Positions 47,131-57,361 of a stretch of 64,000 nucleotides of DNA are shown one piece after another. The notes beneath the pieces were generated by a model. That model saw nothing but the letters and a program-made list of their open reading frames with translations. It had not been told where the DNA came from and ran no database searches. The stretch is from NCBI GenBank assembly GCA_965662845.1, contig CBFIJD010000015.1, forward strand, positions 1 through 64,000, read 5' to 3'. Position numbers and translations under genes: made by a program. Numbering within the stretch: the stretch's first letter is position 1; the number at the start of each line of letters is the position of its first letter. This DNA comes from an uncultured bacterium. GTDB taxonomy: Bacteria > SAR324 > NAC60-12.

Positions 47131-47649
47131 ATGGCCTTAATGAGAGTTCACGAGTTCCCAGACCCCATTTTGCAGAAGCACGCGAAGCCCGTTGAGGTCT
47201 TTGACGAGAAGCTCAAACAACTCGCGGAGGACATGCTGGAGACGATGTATCATGAGAACGGCATTGGTCTCGCGGCGAATCAAGTAGCGGTGCTCAAGCG
47301 CATCGTGGTGATTGACGTGAATGCGGGCGAAGAAGACACCAGCTTGCGAGACCCCAAAGTCTTGGTAAACCCACAGATTGTGGCCGCCGAAGGCGAAACA
47401 GCGATCGAAGAAGGCTGCTTGAGCGTCCCTGAATTTCGGGCCGAGGTGAAGCGCGCAGAGCGCATCACAGTGAAGTATCAGAATGTGCAGGGCGAGCCAC
47501 AAGAGATGGAGGCCGATGGTTTGCTCGCCATCTGTATGCAGCACGAGTTCGACCATTTGGAAGGGCGCCTGTTTATTGACTATCTGCCGCCGCTGAAGCA
47601 GCGCATGGTCAAGAAACGCCTCGCAAAACTGGCGAAGCTCTCCGCATGA
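47131..47649 (+). CDS. def: Peptide deformylase
   Basis: GIGLAANQ, EGCLS, QHEFDHLEG; AAGGAG RBS. Confidence 0.97.
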   Translation: MALMRVHEFPDPILQKHAKPVEVFDEKLKQLAEDMLETMYHENGIGLAANQVAVLKRIVVIDVNAGEEDTSLRDPKVLVNPQIVAAEGETAIEEGCLSVPEFRAEVKRAERITVKYQNVQGEPQEMEADGLLAICMQHEFDHLEGRLFIDYLPPLKQRMVKKRLAKLAKLSA

Positions 47650-48089
47650 GAGCGCTCGTTGGCCTCCTGATTTGGGTCACTCTCGCGACCGGCTGGGTCC
47701 ACGCGCAAGGCTTCACATATCAGCAGGCAACCGTGGTCACGCCAAGCGGTGTTGAGATCCCTGTGGAAATCGCAGACACGCCCGCCAAACGTCACTTGGG
47801 CTTGGGCAACCGAGCCGAGTTGCGCCCGGGCTGGGGGATGCTGTTCTTGTTTGATAGCAGCAGTCGCCACGGGTTCTGGATGAAGAACATGTCTTTCCCC
47901 ATTGACATCATCTGGCTGCGCAATCGCCGCGTTGTGCATGTCGCCAAGCAGGTGCCTCCACCGCAGTCTGGTGAGCAGCCCATGACAATTACGCCCGCTC
48001 GAGCCGCAAACTTGGTGCTCGAGATTGAGGCCGGTCGCGCGCGCGCGCTGGGCTTAGAAGTTGGATCTACGTTAGAATATCGCTGGTAA
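47646..48089 (+). CDS. DUF192 family exported protein
   Basis: EIADTP..R..GL, GMLF, FWMKNM.FPIDII, VLEI.AG. Confidence 0.9.
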   Translation: MRALVGLLIWVTLATGWVHAQGFTYQQATVVTPSGVEIPVEIADTPAKRHLGLGNRAELRPGWGMLFLFDSSSRHGFWMKNMSFPIDIIWLRNRRVVHVAKQVPPPQSGEQPMTITPARAANLVLEIEAGRARALGLEVGSTLEYRW

Positions 48090-48107
48090 CTGCTACGAGA
48101 GGTCGCG

Positions 48108-49265
48108 ATGAGCAAAGACGGGTTGATGGTCATCAAATCAGATGGAACCCGTGAGCCATTTTTGCGAGGGATCATGACCCGCACGCTCACGCAACAAGGG
48201 GTGTCGTTCGACAAGGCCTATCGAATCGCGCAAGAACTCAAACAAAAGCTCGCGAAACGAGACGAAGTCCAGACGCACGAGTTGCAGCGCCTGTTAGAGG
48301 AGCACCTGCGCAAACGGCATCCAAATGTAGAGCTGTCACAAGCTCCGCCAGAGCCCATCGCGCTGCCGCAGATTTGGGTTCGGCGCGACGACATTCGATA
48401 TCCCTTCTCAAAAGGGCTCCTCACACAGTCGATTACCTCGGCGGGGGTCTCGCCCGGCCGGGCTTATCTCATCGCTCGGCAAATTCAATATGACTTAGTG
48501 CAAACCGAGCACACGGATCTCTCTTCCAGCGAATTGCTGCAGATCGTCATCGATCAACTGCAACAACGCTACGGAACCGAGGTGGCGCGTTCCTATGAAA
48601 TTGCCAGTCACATCAACGATCTGCAGCGCCCTGTCATCGTCTATCTGGCTGGGGCACCAGGGACAGGGAAGTCTACGCTGGCGACGGCTTTGGCGAGCCG
48701 GTTGGGCATTCTCAATGTGGTGGGCACAGATAGCATTCGCGAAGTGATGCGACTGGCTTTTACAGCCGAAGTTGTGCCCGCGCTGCACGTGTCTTCTTTT
48801 GAAGCGGGAGATTACTTGGTCTTCCACTCACCCGAACGGGCTGAGAACCGGATGATCGCTGGGTTCAACTTGCAGTCGCAGCAGGTGTGCGTCGGCGTGA
48901 AGGCGATGGTGCATCGCTCGATCCAGGAAGGCACCAGCCTCGTTGTGGAAGGCGTGCATCTCCTTCCCTTTCTGACAAGCATGCCGGAGTTCGCGGAGAA
49001 CGCCTTTCACATCCCGATTATTCTGCAGTTGCCCAACGAAGAGCAACACATCAACCGCTTCCGCATGCGTGGCAAAGACCACCAAAACCGCGCCGAGAGC
49101 CGCTATTTGCAACACTTTGAGGACATTCGCGCGATCCACAACTACTACGCTCAACAGTCACAAGAGCATGACCTTGACATCGTTGATAATGAAGAACTCG
49201 ACGGAGCAATCCAGCAATCCCTGCAGATTGTCATCAGCAACCTACAAGAGCAGATGGTTTCGTAG
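48108..49265 (+). CDS. 2-phosphoglycerate kinase-like protein with two ATP-cone-like repeats and a P-loop kinase
   Basis: PFLRGIMTRTL and PFSKGLLTQSI repeats; GAPGTGKST, TDSIREVMR, LHVSSF, VVEGVHL. Confidence 0.8.
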   Translation: MSKDGLMVIKSDGTREPFLRGIMTRTLTQQGVSFDKAYRIAQELKQKLAKRDEVQTHELQRLLEEHLRKRHPNVELSQAPPEPIALPQIWVRRDDIRYPFSKGLLTQSITSAGVSPGRAYLIARQIQYDLVQTEHTDLSSSELLQIVIDQLQQRYGTEVARSYEIASHINDLQRPVIVYLAGAPGTGKSTLATALASRLGILNVVGTDSIREVMRLAFTAEVVPALHVSSFEAGDYLVFHSPERAENRMIAGFNLQSQQVCVGVKAMVHRSIQEGTSLVVEGVHLLPFLTSMPEFAENAFHIPIILQLPNEEQHINRFRMRGKDHQNRAESRYLQHFEDIRAIHNYYAQQSQEHDLDIVDNEELDGAIQQSLQIVISNLQEQMVS

Positions 49266-49292
49266 TCACTCGCCTTTCTCTTCCTCCCAGTC

Positions 49293-50369
49293 TTGAGCAC
49301 TCCTTTGAATATTGTCTTTGCGAACGCCACCCAGTCGTGGGGTGGCATCAAAACGTGGATGGTCCAACTCTCGTCGTTTTTGCAGCGTCGCGGCCACCAC
49401 GTACGCTTCGTTTGTCGTGAGCACGACCGCCTGTTGGAGGTGCTCGCCGCAGAAAATGTGAGCTGTCAAGGTCTGCATTTTGGTGCGGACTACGCGCCGA
49501 GGTCGATTCAGTTTTTCCGACATTTGTTTCAAGCGCAGGAGACGCAGGTGCTCGTTACGAACATTTCCAAAGAGCTGCGGACGGCGGGCGTTGCCGCGCG
49601 GTGGCAAGGTGGTCTGCTCCACGTCAATCGGCTGGGGCTCCCCGGAGATCTCAAGCACAACTGGAAGAACCGCCTGGAGTACAGCCAGCTCGTAGATCAA
49701 GTTGTTGTGCCGTCGAAGCACCTTTTCGATCATTTCTCACAGCAGCCATATCTCGCCTCTAAGCTACACTTTTTCCACAACGCGGTGCGCGACACCGAGT
49801 TCATCGATAAGTCGGCGGATGCTGAAATCAAAATCGCGATGGTCGCCGTGCTGAGCAAACGCAAGCAAGTCGATCTCTTGCTGCAGGCGCTGCAAACACT
49901 CACCGATCTCAACTGGACATTGCATGTGGGAGGAGGAGGGCCGGAGCGGGAGAATTTGGAGGCGTTGGCGGCGGAGCTCGGACTTCGCAGCCGGGTTCAT
50001 TTTCATGGGATGGTGGAACCCTATGTGTTCCTGCGCGACAAACACATCGCGGTGCTGAATTCACAAGAGGAGTCGTTTAGCAATGCGCTGCTAGAATACA
50101 TGGCCGCGTCTTGTGCGGTGATTTCTACGGTCACTGGGGGAACGGGCGAGGTGCTACAGGATGGGGAGAATGGCCTTGCGGTCTCCGGCAAGCCGGATGG
50201 TTCGCTAGAAGCGGCGCTGCGCAGACTGCTCACCGATCGCGACTTGCGCAATTCGCTGGCACACGCCGGGCACGCGCGGGTGATGCGGTACTTCTCCCAG
50301 AGCACCATCTACGGACAGATTGAAGAGCACCTGCAGCGGAGCTATGCGCACAAGCAGGGCTCTCGTTAG
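49293..50369 (+). CDS. GT4 glycosyltransferase (LPS/EPS)
   Basis: WGG, KRKQ, EESFSNALLEYMA (EX7E), E...DGENG. Confidence 0.88.
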   Translation: MSTPLNIVFANATQSWGGIKTWMVQLSSFLQRRGHHVRFVCREHDRLLEVLAAENVSCQGLHFGADYAPRSIQFFRHLFQAQETQVLVTNISKELRTAGVAARWQGGLLHVNRLGLPGDLKHNWKNRLEYSQLVDQVVVPSKHLFDHFSQQPYLASKLHFFHNAVRDTEFIDKSADAEIKIAMVAVLSKRKQVDLLLQALQTLTDLNWTLHVGGGGPERENLEALAAELGLRSRVHFHGMVEPYVFLRDKHIAVLNSQEESFSNALLEYMAASCAVISTVTGGTGEVLQDGENGLAVSGKPDGSLEAALRRLLTDRDLRNSLAHAGHARVMRYFSQSTIYGQIEEHLQRSYAHKQGSR

Positions 50370-50370
50370 G

Positions 50371-52227
50371 TCACTGCGCGGGTTCATGCTGCAGCAGCCA
50401 CATCTCTCGGTAATACCCTTCGCGTTGGCGCAGCTCGTCGTGCGTTCCCTGATCGATGATGCGCCCTTCATCCAGCACTAAAATCCAGTCTGCGCGCTCC
50501 ATAGACGTCACGCGATGCGACACAATTAGTAGGCTCTGCGCCTGCTTGCGCGTGAAGATTTGCTCCAGCAAGTAGCGCTCGGTGTCGTAATCGACTGCAG
50601 AGAGGACGTTGTCCAAAATCAGCAGATCGCAGGGCTCCACCATCGCGCGCGCGAGGCTGATGCGTTGCTTCTGCCCGCCAGAGAGCAGGATGCCTTTCTC
50701 GCCAACGATGGTGTCTTTCTCTTGCGGAAATTTTGCGACTTCGTCGGTGAGCGCGCATTGGCTAAGCGTGTCTCGGAAGTGTCTGTCCCAGTTCGCAGGG
50801 AAGTCTTCCAGCGCGAAGCCCACGTTGTGCTCCACCGTGTCTGAGAACAAGAACGGCTCCTGCGTGACGGTGCGGATGCTGCGGCGCAGGTCAGAGTAAG
50901 TGAGGGATTGCAGATCTTTGCCGTTGAGCAGGACCTGCCCTTCGGCGACGAGGTAGCGGTTCAGGCAATTGACCAGCGTTGATTTTCCGGAGCCGATACG
51001 CCCAAGCACGCCGAGCGTCTGCCCCGGCTTGAGCGTGAAGTTGATGTCTTGCAGCATATACGGCAGGTCGTCGGCATAGCGGAAGCGCAGATTGCGCACC
51101 TCTAGCCCCTGGCGGAACAGCTCGCAGCGCTGAGCCTCTGGCAGCGGCTTGCGATCAGTGAACGGCTCCGGTTGCTCCAAAACGGATTGTACGCTGGCGA
51201 GCCCAACCATCCCTTGTTGAAACATCGTCGTCAACCAGCCGAGCCCCATCAGGGGCATCGTCAGGAGCGCAGTGTAGGCGATGAACGCGGTCAGCTCGCC
51301 GACGGTGAAGTCTTCTTGTAGCACCATCATCCCGCCAAAGAGCAGCGCGACGACCTTGAGGATGTCGCTCAAGTTCATCAGCACAGGCATGACGAAGGAG
51401 CGAATCCACGCGATGCTCAAGGAGCGCTCGGTGAGCTTGTGGTTGTCTTCGTCAAAGCGCCGACGGCTCCAATCGCCAAGGTCGTTGCTGCGAATGATGT
51501 CAATGCCAGACAGGGAGGAGACGGTGAAGCCGGACAGGTTCTGGAGGTCTTTTTGGCGCTGGTTGAGGTTGGTGACCAGCAGGCGCATCCCCACACGCAC
51601 AATCGCAAACACGATGACAATTGGCACCACGCAGTAGAGCGTCAGGCTAGGCGAGAGCTGGTACATCATGAACGGCGTCAGCGACAGGGCGCTGGTGATG
51701 TTGAACACCTGCATCATCCCAAAGCCACAGATCAAGCGGATGCCGTGAATGTCGTTGTTCACGCGCGAGATGATCGTGCCGCTGGGGTTTTTGTCATAGT
51801 AATTGCGCTGCAGCTGCATCAACTTGGCGAACATGTCGTTCTTGACTTGGCACTCAATCGCCCGCCCAGGGTTGAAAAAGAGCAGCCGCGACCCCGTCCG
51901 CACAAACACCATGCTGACCGCAAACAACAGCATCATCCACAGATACTCTGTCAGCAGGCTATACTGCCCTTCCAAGTCGCTCGAGAGCAGGTCAATGCTC
52001 TTTTGAATGTACTCTGGAATGCTGACGGCTAGCCAGTTCGTGAGGATCGTTCCGAGAATCCCCAGCGCATACGACGGCCAGTGCTGACGAAGATAGTGAG
52101 CGAGCAGCAGATATTTGTTGTGAACCCAGCCGCTCTGCAGCACAGAGACGGTCGCAGTGCCGCCGGTGTCTCCAGTTTGAGGGCTGGGAATCAGGGCGCG
52201 GAAGAAGCGTTCGAGGGCGATTTGCAT
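50371..52227 (-). CDS. Type IV ABC exporter half-transporter (MsbA/MdlA-like)
   Basis: TM domain then GRIGSGKST, LSGGQKQR, LILDN.LSAVD, SHR; Walker B followed by N instead of E (degenerate site). Confidence 0.9.
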   Translation of the reverse strand: MQIALERFFRALIPSPQTGDTGGTATVSVLQSGWVHNKYLLLAHYLRQHWPSYALGILGTILTNWLAVSIPEYIQKSIDLLSSDLEGQYSLLTEYLWMMLLFAVSMVFVRTGSRLLFFNPGRAIECQVKNDMFAKLMQLQRNYYDKNPSGTIISRVNNDIHGIRLICGFGMMQVFNITSALSLTPFMMYQLSPSLTLYCVVPIVIVFAIVRVGMRLLVTNLNQRQKDLQNLSGFTVSSLSGIDIIRSNDLGDWSRRRFDEDNHKLTERSLSIAWIRSFVMPVLMNLSDILKVVALLFGGMMVLQEDFTVGELTAFIAYTALLTMPLMGLGWLTTMFQQGMVGLASVQSVLEQPEPFTDRKPLPEAQRCELFRQGLEVRNLRFRYADDLPYMLQDINFTLKPGQTLGVLGRIGSGKSTLVNCLNRYLVAEGQVLLNGKDLQSLTYSDLRRSIRTVTQEPFLFSDTVEHNVGFALEDFPANWDRHFRDTLSQCALTDEVAKFPQEKDTIVGEKGILLSGGQKQRISLARAMVEPCDLLILDNVLSAVDYDTERYLLEQIFTRKQAQSLLIVSHRVTSMERADWILVLDEGRIIDQGTHDELRQREGYYREMWLLQHEPAQ

Positions 52228-52328
52228 GGAATCCTTACAACTCAAAAAAACAAGTTTGGCACGAATTTGTGTTTTCTGTGACGAATGGTAGCATCGAAGA
52301 CTTTGCAAAAACCAGTTGGAAACTGCGC

Positions 52329-53411
52329 ATGACTGACCCCCTGCTGCCGCATCTGCAACACCTCGCCGAGGCTTATGTCGGCACCACGCTTGCGCCCGCG
52401 GCCTCTCTGCGTGGCGATGGCTCAGACCGCAAAATTTATCGCTTCACGCATGAGGGACAGTCATGGGTCGGAGTGACGAACCCCGCGCCAGATGAAAACG
52501 TCGCGTTCCTTGAAATGTCACGTCATTTTCGTCGGAAGGGGCTGCCGGTTCCAGAAATCTATGCCGAAGACCGCCCACACGATTGCTATCTGTTGGAAGA
52601 TTTGGGAGACGTGACGCTCGCCGATCAGCTGCTGGCATGGGATCCAGCCGTAGCCGACGAAGCGCGACACATCCGAGCGGCATATCGCCCTGTGATCGAG
52701 ATCTTGCCCACACTCCAGTTTGCCGGCGTGCAAGGCTTTCAACGCGCTTGGTGCCACGCCGCGCCAGAGTCGACGACCGCTTTGTTCCGCGCCGATTTGC
52801 GTTACTTTGAAGAGAATTTTTGGCAGGTGTTTGCGGCAGAAAAAGAGCGCTCGCCAGCTGTGTTGCGAGAGCTAGACAACCTCGCCGAGGCCGTCGGGGA
52901 GATCCCGCGCAATGTCTTTGTGTCACGGGATTTTCAAGCTCGGAACCTGATGCCGCACCGAGGTACGGTGTACCTCATCGACTACCAATCTGGCGGTGTC
53001 GGCGCGTTGCATTATGATTTGGCGTCGCTGCTCTACGCTTCCAAAGCGCGGCTCAACGATCCGCTGCGTCAGCAGCTCATCGCCGATTATCTTGACGCCG
53101 CCCGCGGCTGGTTTCAGGCGGACGAAGAAGCCTTCACCAGCGAGCTGTTTCAGTTTGTGTTGTTGCGGCGGCTGCGATCCTTGGGAACCTATGGCTTCTT
53201 GCCGCGCGTCAAAGGCAAACTGCACTTCCTCGACGCGATTCCTGCGACGCTACGCGAAGTGCGCCAGCTGCTGCACACTCAGCCTGCGTTGCGACCTTGG
53301 CAGCACCTGCGCGGCCTCTTCGACCGCTGGCATGAGCGCGCGCATTTGCACGATGCTGGGTGGTTGCGGCAGCAGGTGACTCTGTCGCACACCCATCCTT
53401 CCAACTCATAG
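52329..53411 (+). CDS. AmgK-like anomeric MurNAc/GlcNAc kinase (APH family)
   Basis: GDGSDRKIYR, GLPVP, LLEDLGD, RDFQARNLM, IDYQ, YDLASLL, LGTYG. Confidence 0.78.
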   Translation: MTDPLLPHLQHLAEAYVGTTLAPAASLRGDGSDRKIYRFTHEGQSWVGVTNPAPDENVAFLEMSRHFRRKGLPVPEIYAEDRPHDCYLLEDLGDVTLADQLLAWDPAVADEARHIRAAYRPVIEILPTLQFAGVQGFQRAWCHAAPESTTALFRADLRYFEENFWQVFAAEKERSPAVLRELDNLAEAVGEIPRNVFVSRDFQARNLMPHRGTVYLIDYQSGGVGALHYDLASLLYASKARLNDPLRQQLIADYLDAARGWFQADEEAFTSELFQFVLLRRLRSLGTYGFLPRVKGKLHFLDAIPATLREVRQLLHTQPALRPWQHLRGLFDRWHERAHLHDAGWLRQQVTLSHTHPSNS

Positions 53412-53582
53412 CGGAGCGCTTGTCCATGCTTCAGTCCACCACAACCTCCGGAAGACCCTGCTGCGGCTTCCTGCTTTGGCAAGGCGCCTCCAAAGCGCGA
53501 AGTCACAGTCTCTATTGCAACCGAAGCAGCGCTGTCACGCCAAGCGGCGCTCTGTCGTCTCCATGTGTCTTGAGAAAACTTC

Positions 53583-54020
53583 ATGAAATTTGACCCCTCC
53601 GAAAAGAAGCCGATCTCAGTTGTGGAAGACCGCAACACGAAAGAGTACGGCACCGAGACCAACGCACCAGCGCTCACGGAAAACCCGCTCGCCGTGCAGC
53701 GTCAAGACTCTCTCTCGGCGATGAAACATCACGCTCAGCAGCAGATCGCCAAGCTTCAAGAGCAGGCCAACCTGTTGATGCGCCAAGCGCGTGAAATTGA
53801 AGAGCGAGTCCAACTGGCGGAGCTGGTCGCGCAGTCGCACTACCAGTTCACGCCGGTGTTGCTCAAGCCATACTATCTCTATGAGTACGCGCACCCGCGG
53901 CATTCCCACATCCTCACGATGATTGGCCCCGACGAGTGGAACGGCGCGTGTCCGTATGGGCGTTTTGTCGCCCGTGTGAGGCAGCTTGGTGACAGTACGT
54001 GGGAGGAGTTTCCAGCCTGA
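53583..54020 (+). CDS. DUF2452-like protein
   Basis: Coiled coil QQ...L..Q, F.P....YYLY, L.MI.P.EW, V....D.TW. Confidence 0.65.
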   Translation: MKFDPSEKKPISVVEDRNTKEYGTETNAPALTENPLAVQRQDSLSAMKHHAQQQIAKLQEQANLLMRQAREIEERVQLAELVAQSHYQFTPVLLKPYYLYEYAHPRHSHILTMIGPDEWNGACPYGRFVARVRQLGDSTWEEFPA

Positions 54021-54114
54021 AGCGCTGTCCGTGTTTTCTCAATGTTTCGCGGCCTTGCCTATCCCTTGCATTGCGATTTGTTCATCTGTTGAACGAAACT
54101 TTGCGATTGGGGCT

Positions 54115-54672
54115 ATGAACTCTGAAGAACAACGCACGCTCACGCTTTTTGAAGCCGTCGCCGAGAACGAGCGCATCAGTCAACGACAACTGGCCCAAGA
54201 GATGGGGCTCTCGCTCGGTTTGACGAATGCTTTTTTGCAAACCGTCCTCAAAAAGGGCTGGGTGCGAGCCAAGCAAGTCAGCGCGCGCCGCTGGGCTTAC
54301 TTCCTGACGCCGGAGGGGTTCTCTGAGAAGAGCCGCCTGACCGTCAACTACTTGCAGCGCACCTTGTCTTCCTTCCGTGAGCTGAAAGATCTGACGAATG
54401 CACAGCTTGAAGTTCTCGCGCAACGAGGAGTTCGGCGCGTATGGTTGTGCAGCGAAGGCGACTGGGCCGAGATTATCACGTTGTGCTTGCCCGTCTGGAA
54501 CCTGTCTCTGCAAGGCGCGTTCGATCCAGCAACGCTGCTTGCAGAAGCGCTCCCCACCTTGGGGGACGGCGAGGTGCTCATCTTGGGCCTCTTGCATCAG
54601 CAAGAGACGATCGCCTGCCACCTGATGGAGAAGGGTTGGGAACCTGACCACCACTTTGTGCGTCTTTACTGA
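54115..54672 (+). CDS. MarR-type winged-helix regulator (EPS-associated type)
   Basis: ISQRQLAQEMGLSLGLTN..L....KKGW, Y.LTPEGFSEKSRLT..YL. Confidence 0.85.
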   Translation: MNSEEQRTLTLFEAVAENERISQRQLAQEMGLSLGLTNAFLQTVLKKGWVRAKQVSARRWAYFLTPEGFSEKSRLTVNYLQRTLSSFRELKDLTNAQLEVLAQRGVRRVWLCSEGDWAEIITLCLPVWNLSLQGAFDPATLLAEALPTLGDGEVLILGLLHQQETIACHLMEKGWEPDHHFVRLY

Positions 54673-54723
54673 CCTCCGCTCAACGTCGGACGCGGAGGAA
54701 TCTCTCACACTGAGATTCGTAGT

Positions 54724-55326
54724 ATGGATTTGTTCTCCGCCGTCTTGACGCTCTTCCTGATTCTGGATCCCCTCGGAAATATCCCTGCATTTTTAGCGGT
54801 CTTAGAGAACGTCNNNNNNNNNNNNNNNNNNNNNNNNNNNNNNNNNNNNNNNNNNNNGGCGCTGGTGGTGATGTTGAGCTTTTTGTTTGGCGGAGAGTAT
54901 CTGCTGCGGCTGCTCAGCTTAGAGACGGAATCGCTACAGATTGCGGGCGGAATTGTGCTCTTCTTGATCGCGTTGCGGATGATCTTTCCGACGCCAGGAG
55001 GAGTGATGGGGGAATTTGACGAAGGCGAGCCGTTTTTGGTGCCATTGGCGATTCCGTTGTTAGCGGGGCCATCGATTATGGCGACACTGATTCTGCTGGT
55101 GAACTCCGAGCCTCAGCGGATGGCCAAGTGGGTTGCCGCCGTCTTGATTGCGTGGGGCATCAGCGCTGTCGTGATGCTCAGCTCGACGATGTTGTATCGC
55201 GTGTTGGGCAAGAAAGGCTTGGTCGCGCTGGAGCGTTTGATGGGGATGTTGCTGGTTGCGCTGGCGGTGCAGATGTGTCTCGCAGGAATTGCCGAGTATT
55301 GGGAGCTGCTGCACCGTCCAACATGA
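54724..55326 (+). CDS. MarC/YhgN family membrane protein (contains a short gap)
   Basis: DPLGNIP, IAGGIVLFLIA, PLAIPLLAGPS, ERLMGMLL. Confidence 0.92.
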   Translation: MDLFSAVLTLFLILDPLGNIPAFLAVLENVXXXXXXXXXXXXXXXALVVMLSFLFGGEYLLRLLSLETESLQIAGGIVLFLIALRMIFPTPGGVMGEFDEGEPFLVPLAIPLLAGPSIMATLILLVNSEPQRMAKWVAAVLIAWGISAVVMLSSTMLYRVLGKKGLVALERLMGMLLVALAVQMCLAGIAEYWELLHRPT

Positions 55327-55333
55327 AGGGGCT

Positions 55334-57070
55334 TCAGAACTCAGAAAAGTCATCGCGCATTGGGATGCGCTGCGCTGGAGACGCTTTCTTCGGAGCAGAG
55401 CCGGTTGTGGAGGTGAACGTTGGCGCTGGCAGAGAGGCGGGCCGAGGGCTGAAGGGCTTTGAGTGAGTGGCCTCTGGTAGGCGCAAGGGAGAATTCACAC
55501 GGCTCGCGGTCTCCTGCCCCAAGGACACGGCAGAGAGCTCAAGCCCCAACAGATCAGAGAGCGCACGAATTTGGGTCTCCAGACGGTTGGCTTCTTCCCC
55601 AAGTTTTTGTGCGGAGCTAGCGGTCTCGTGCGCATGGGATGTGCTCTCTTGCGTGAGGCGCTCCATCTTCACGACAGACCGCGTGACCTGATCGACGCTC
55701 TCTGCCTGCTGTTGCGAGGATTGCTCAATGGACTCCATCAAGCTTTCAACGTCCACCATGCGCTGATTTTGTTCGTCGGCAGAGGCCAACATGGTTTGAA
55801 TCGTCTCTGCCACCTTGCCGAACTGTTCCAGAATTTGCTGCAGGTCTTTGCTCCCTTTTTCCGCTTTTTCCACGCCTGCCCGCGCTCGCAAATCTCCCTC
55901 CCGCACCACATCGGCGATCTCTTTAGCCGCGTTTTTGGAGTTCTCTGCCAGTTTAGACACTTCGTCAGCGACAACGGCGAAGCCCTTCCCGTGCTCACCG
56001 GCGCGTGCCGCTTCAATCGCCGCGTTGGTCGCGAGCATTTTGGTTTGATGCGTGATTTCGTTGATGACGTCCACGATGTTGGCAATGCGTTCGCTGGCGG
56101 TGCGGAACTCACTCATGGCTTGCGCAATTTGATTCATCGTCTGAGCACCAGATTCCACGGAAGTTTGGGCTTCTCCTGAAAGTTCAGCGGTGAGGCGGGC
56201 GTTAGAGGCGGTTTGACGAACGGATTCAGCGACTGTTTGCACGGATTGAAAGGCTTTTCGCGCGCTCTCCGCGTTGATTTTGGTGCCCTGATCAATTTCG
56301 TGCATGGAGCTGCTGATCTCTTCTAAGTTGGCGGTTTGGGCGTTCGTCCCACTCGCGAGATTGCTGCTTCCGTTACAGACCGTACTCACAGAGGACTGCG
56401 TGATGCTGGCCATCTCGGTGAGACGATAGATGAGCGCCGTGATGGGTTCAAGCAACCGGTAGTTCACAAAGGCCCAGATCGCGAGCAAAGAGAGAAACGC
56501 GTATGCGACCGACAAGAGGATCAGGATTTCGACGTTGCCGAGGTCGCTCGCGAAGTGTTCGGAGAGCGCGGAGATGTTAGCGTTGTTTTGTCGATGCAGT
56601 TGATCGAGCGCTTGCAGCGCTGGTGTGTCGTTGATTTGCACGGCTTGGTCGATGTCGGCAATGGGCTGGCCTTCGTTGTGGAGCCGGCGCACAGTGGGCA
56701 TAGCGTCGCGGTATTGATCGAGCACGCGTTGGATCGCTTGCAATTGCTGGCGTTCGGTCGGTGTGACGTCCAGGCGCTGATAGGTTTGAATTGCGTCGCT
56801 GGCGAGCTGGTGGCTGGCTTCTGCTCGCGCGCGCGTGTTGTCGTCTCCACGCAGCAAATATGCTTTGAAGTTGTGAATGAGCCCGCCGTAGCCGATGGCG
56901 TTGCTGATTGCGACTAGCTGCTCTTGCTTGGGCAAGGTGTTCGTCTCATATTTGCGCCACTCGCCGGTCAGATGAAAGGTTTGGGAGATCATCCAGGCAA
57001 CGGCGATCGCATAAATGATGAAAATCACAGAAACGCCAGCCCCAATCTGGTGGCTCATTTTGCGCAGCAT
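55334..57070 (-). CDS. Methyl-accepting chemotaxis protein with a helical periplasmic domain
   Basis: [53 protein letters not shown]-terminal pentapeptide-like DFSEF. Confidence 0.9.
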   Translation of the reverse strand: MLRKMSHQIGAGVSVIFIIYAIAVAWMISQTFHLTGEWRKYETNTLPKQEQLVAISNAIGYGGLIHNFKAYLLRGDDNTRARAEASHQLASDAIQTYQRLDVTPTERQQLQAIQRVLDQYRDAMPTVRRLHNEGQPIADIDQAVQINDTPALQALDQLHRQNNANISALSEHFASDLGNVEILILLSVAYAFLSLLAIWAFVNYRLLEPITALIYRLTEMASITQSSVSTVCNGSSNLASGTNAQTANLEEISSSMHEIDQGTKINAESARKAFQSVQTVAESVRQTASNARLTAELSGEAQTSVESGAQTMNQIAQAMSEFRTASERIANIVDVINEITHQTKMLATNAAIEAARAGEHGKGFAVVADEVSKLAENSKNAAKEIADVVREGDLRARAGVEKAEKGSKDLQQILEQFGKVAETIQTMLASADEQNQRMVDVESLMESIEQSSQQQAESVDQVTRSVVKMERLTQESTSHAHETASSAQKLGEEANRLETQIRALSDLLGLELSAVSLGQETASRVNSPLRLPEATHSKPFSPRPASLPAPTFTSTTGSAPKKASPAQRIPMRDDFSEF

Positions 57071-57198
57071 AGTAGGCTCCGATGGGATGCAGAGAAGAGG
57101 GCGCTGATTGCGCGCGGGAGATAGATACGTTGCGGAATATGTTCCAACATTCAAGCGTTGCGTGAATCGTAGATCGTAAGTGGGAGACATCTTCACTG

Positions 57199-57235
57199 AT
57201 AGGTAAGAACAATTGAACTCATCCAAATAATCAAT
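57199..57235. promoter_or_regulatory. OxyR-like binding site upstream of the rubrerythrin operon
   Basis: ATAG-gtaagaa-CAAT-tgaactc-ATCC-aaataat-CAAT matches the ATAG-N7-CTAT-N7-ATAG-N7-CTAT spacing. Confidence 0.55.
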
Positions 57236-57361
57236 TTGCCCAAAGACAAAAAGTCCTCTAGCGTATTTGTGTGGCTGCGCAACCGCGTGAGCCATCAGGG
57301 AAGAGAAAACGTCGACGTTTCTCATCAGATTTCTAACCACCCATCTTACACATGAGGACCT

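Noticed and set aside
50371..52227. Calling the ABC exporter msbA
   Set aside because: The degenerate Walker B (LDN) points to one half of a heterodimeric MdlA/YheI-type exporter; the substrate cannot be inferred.
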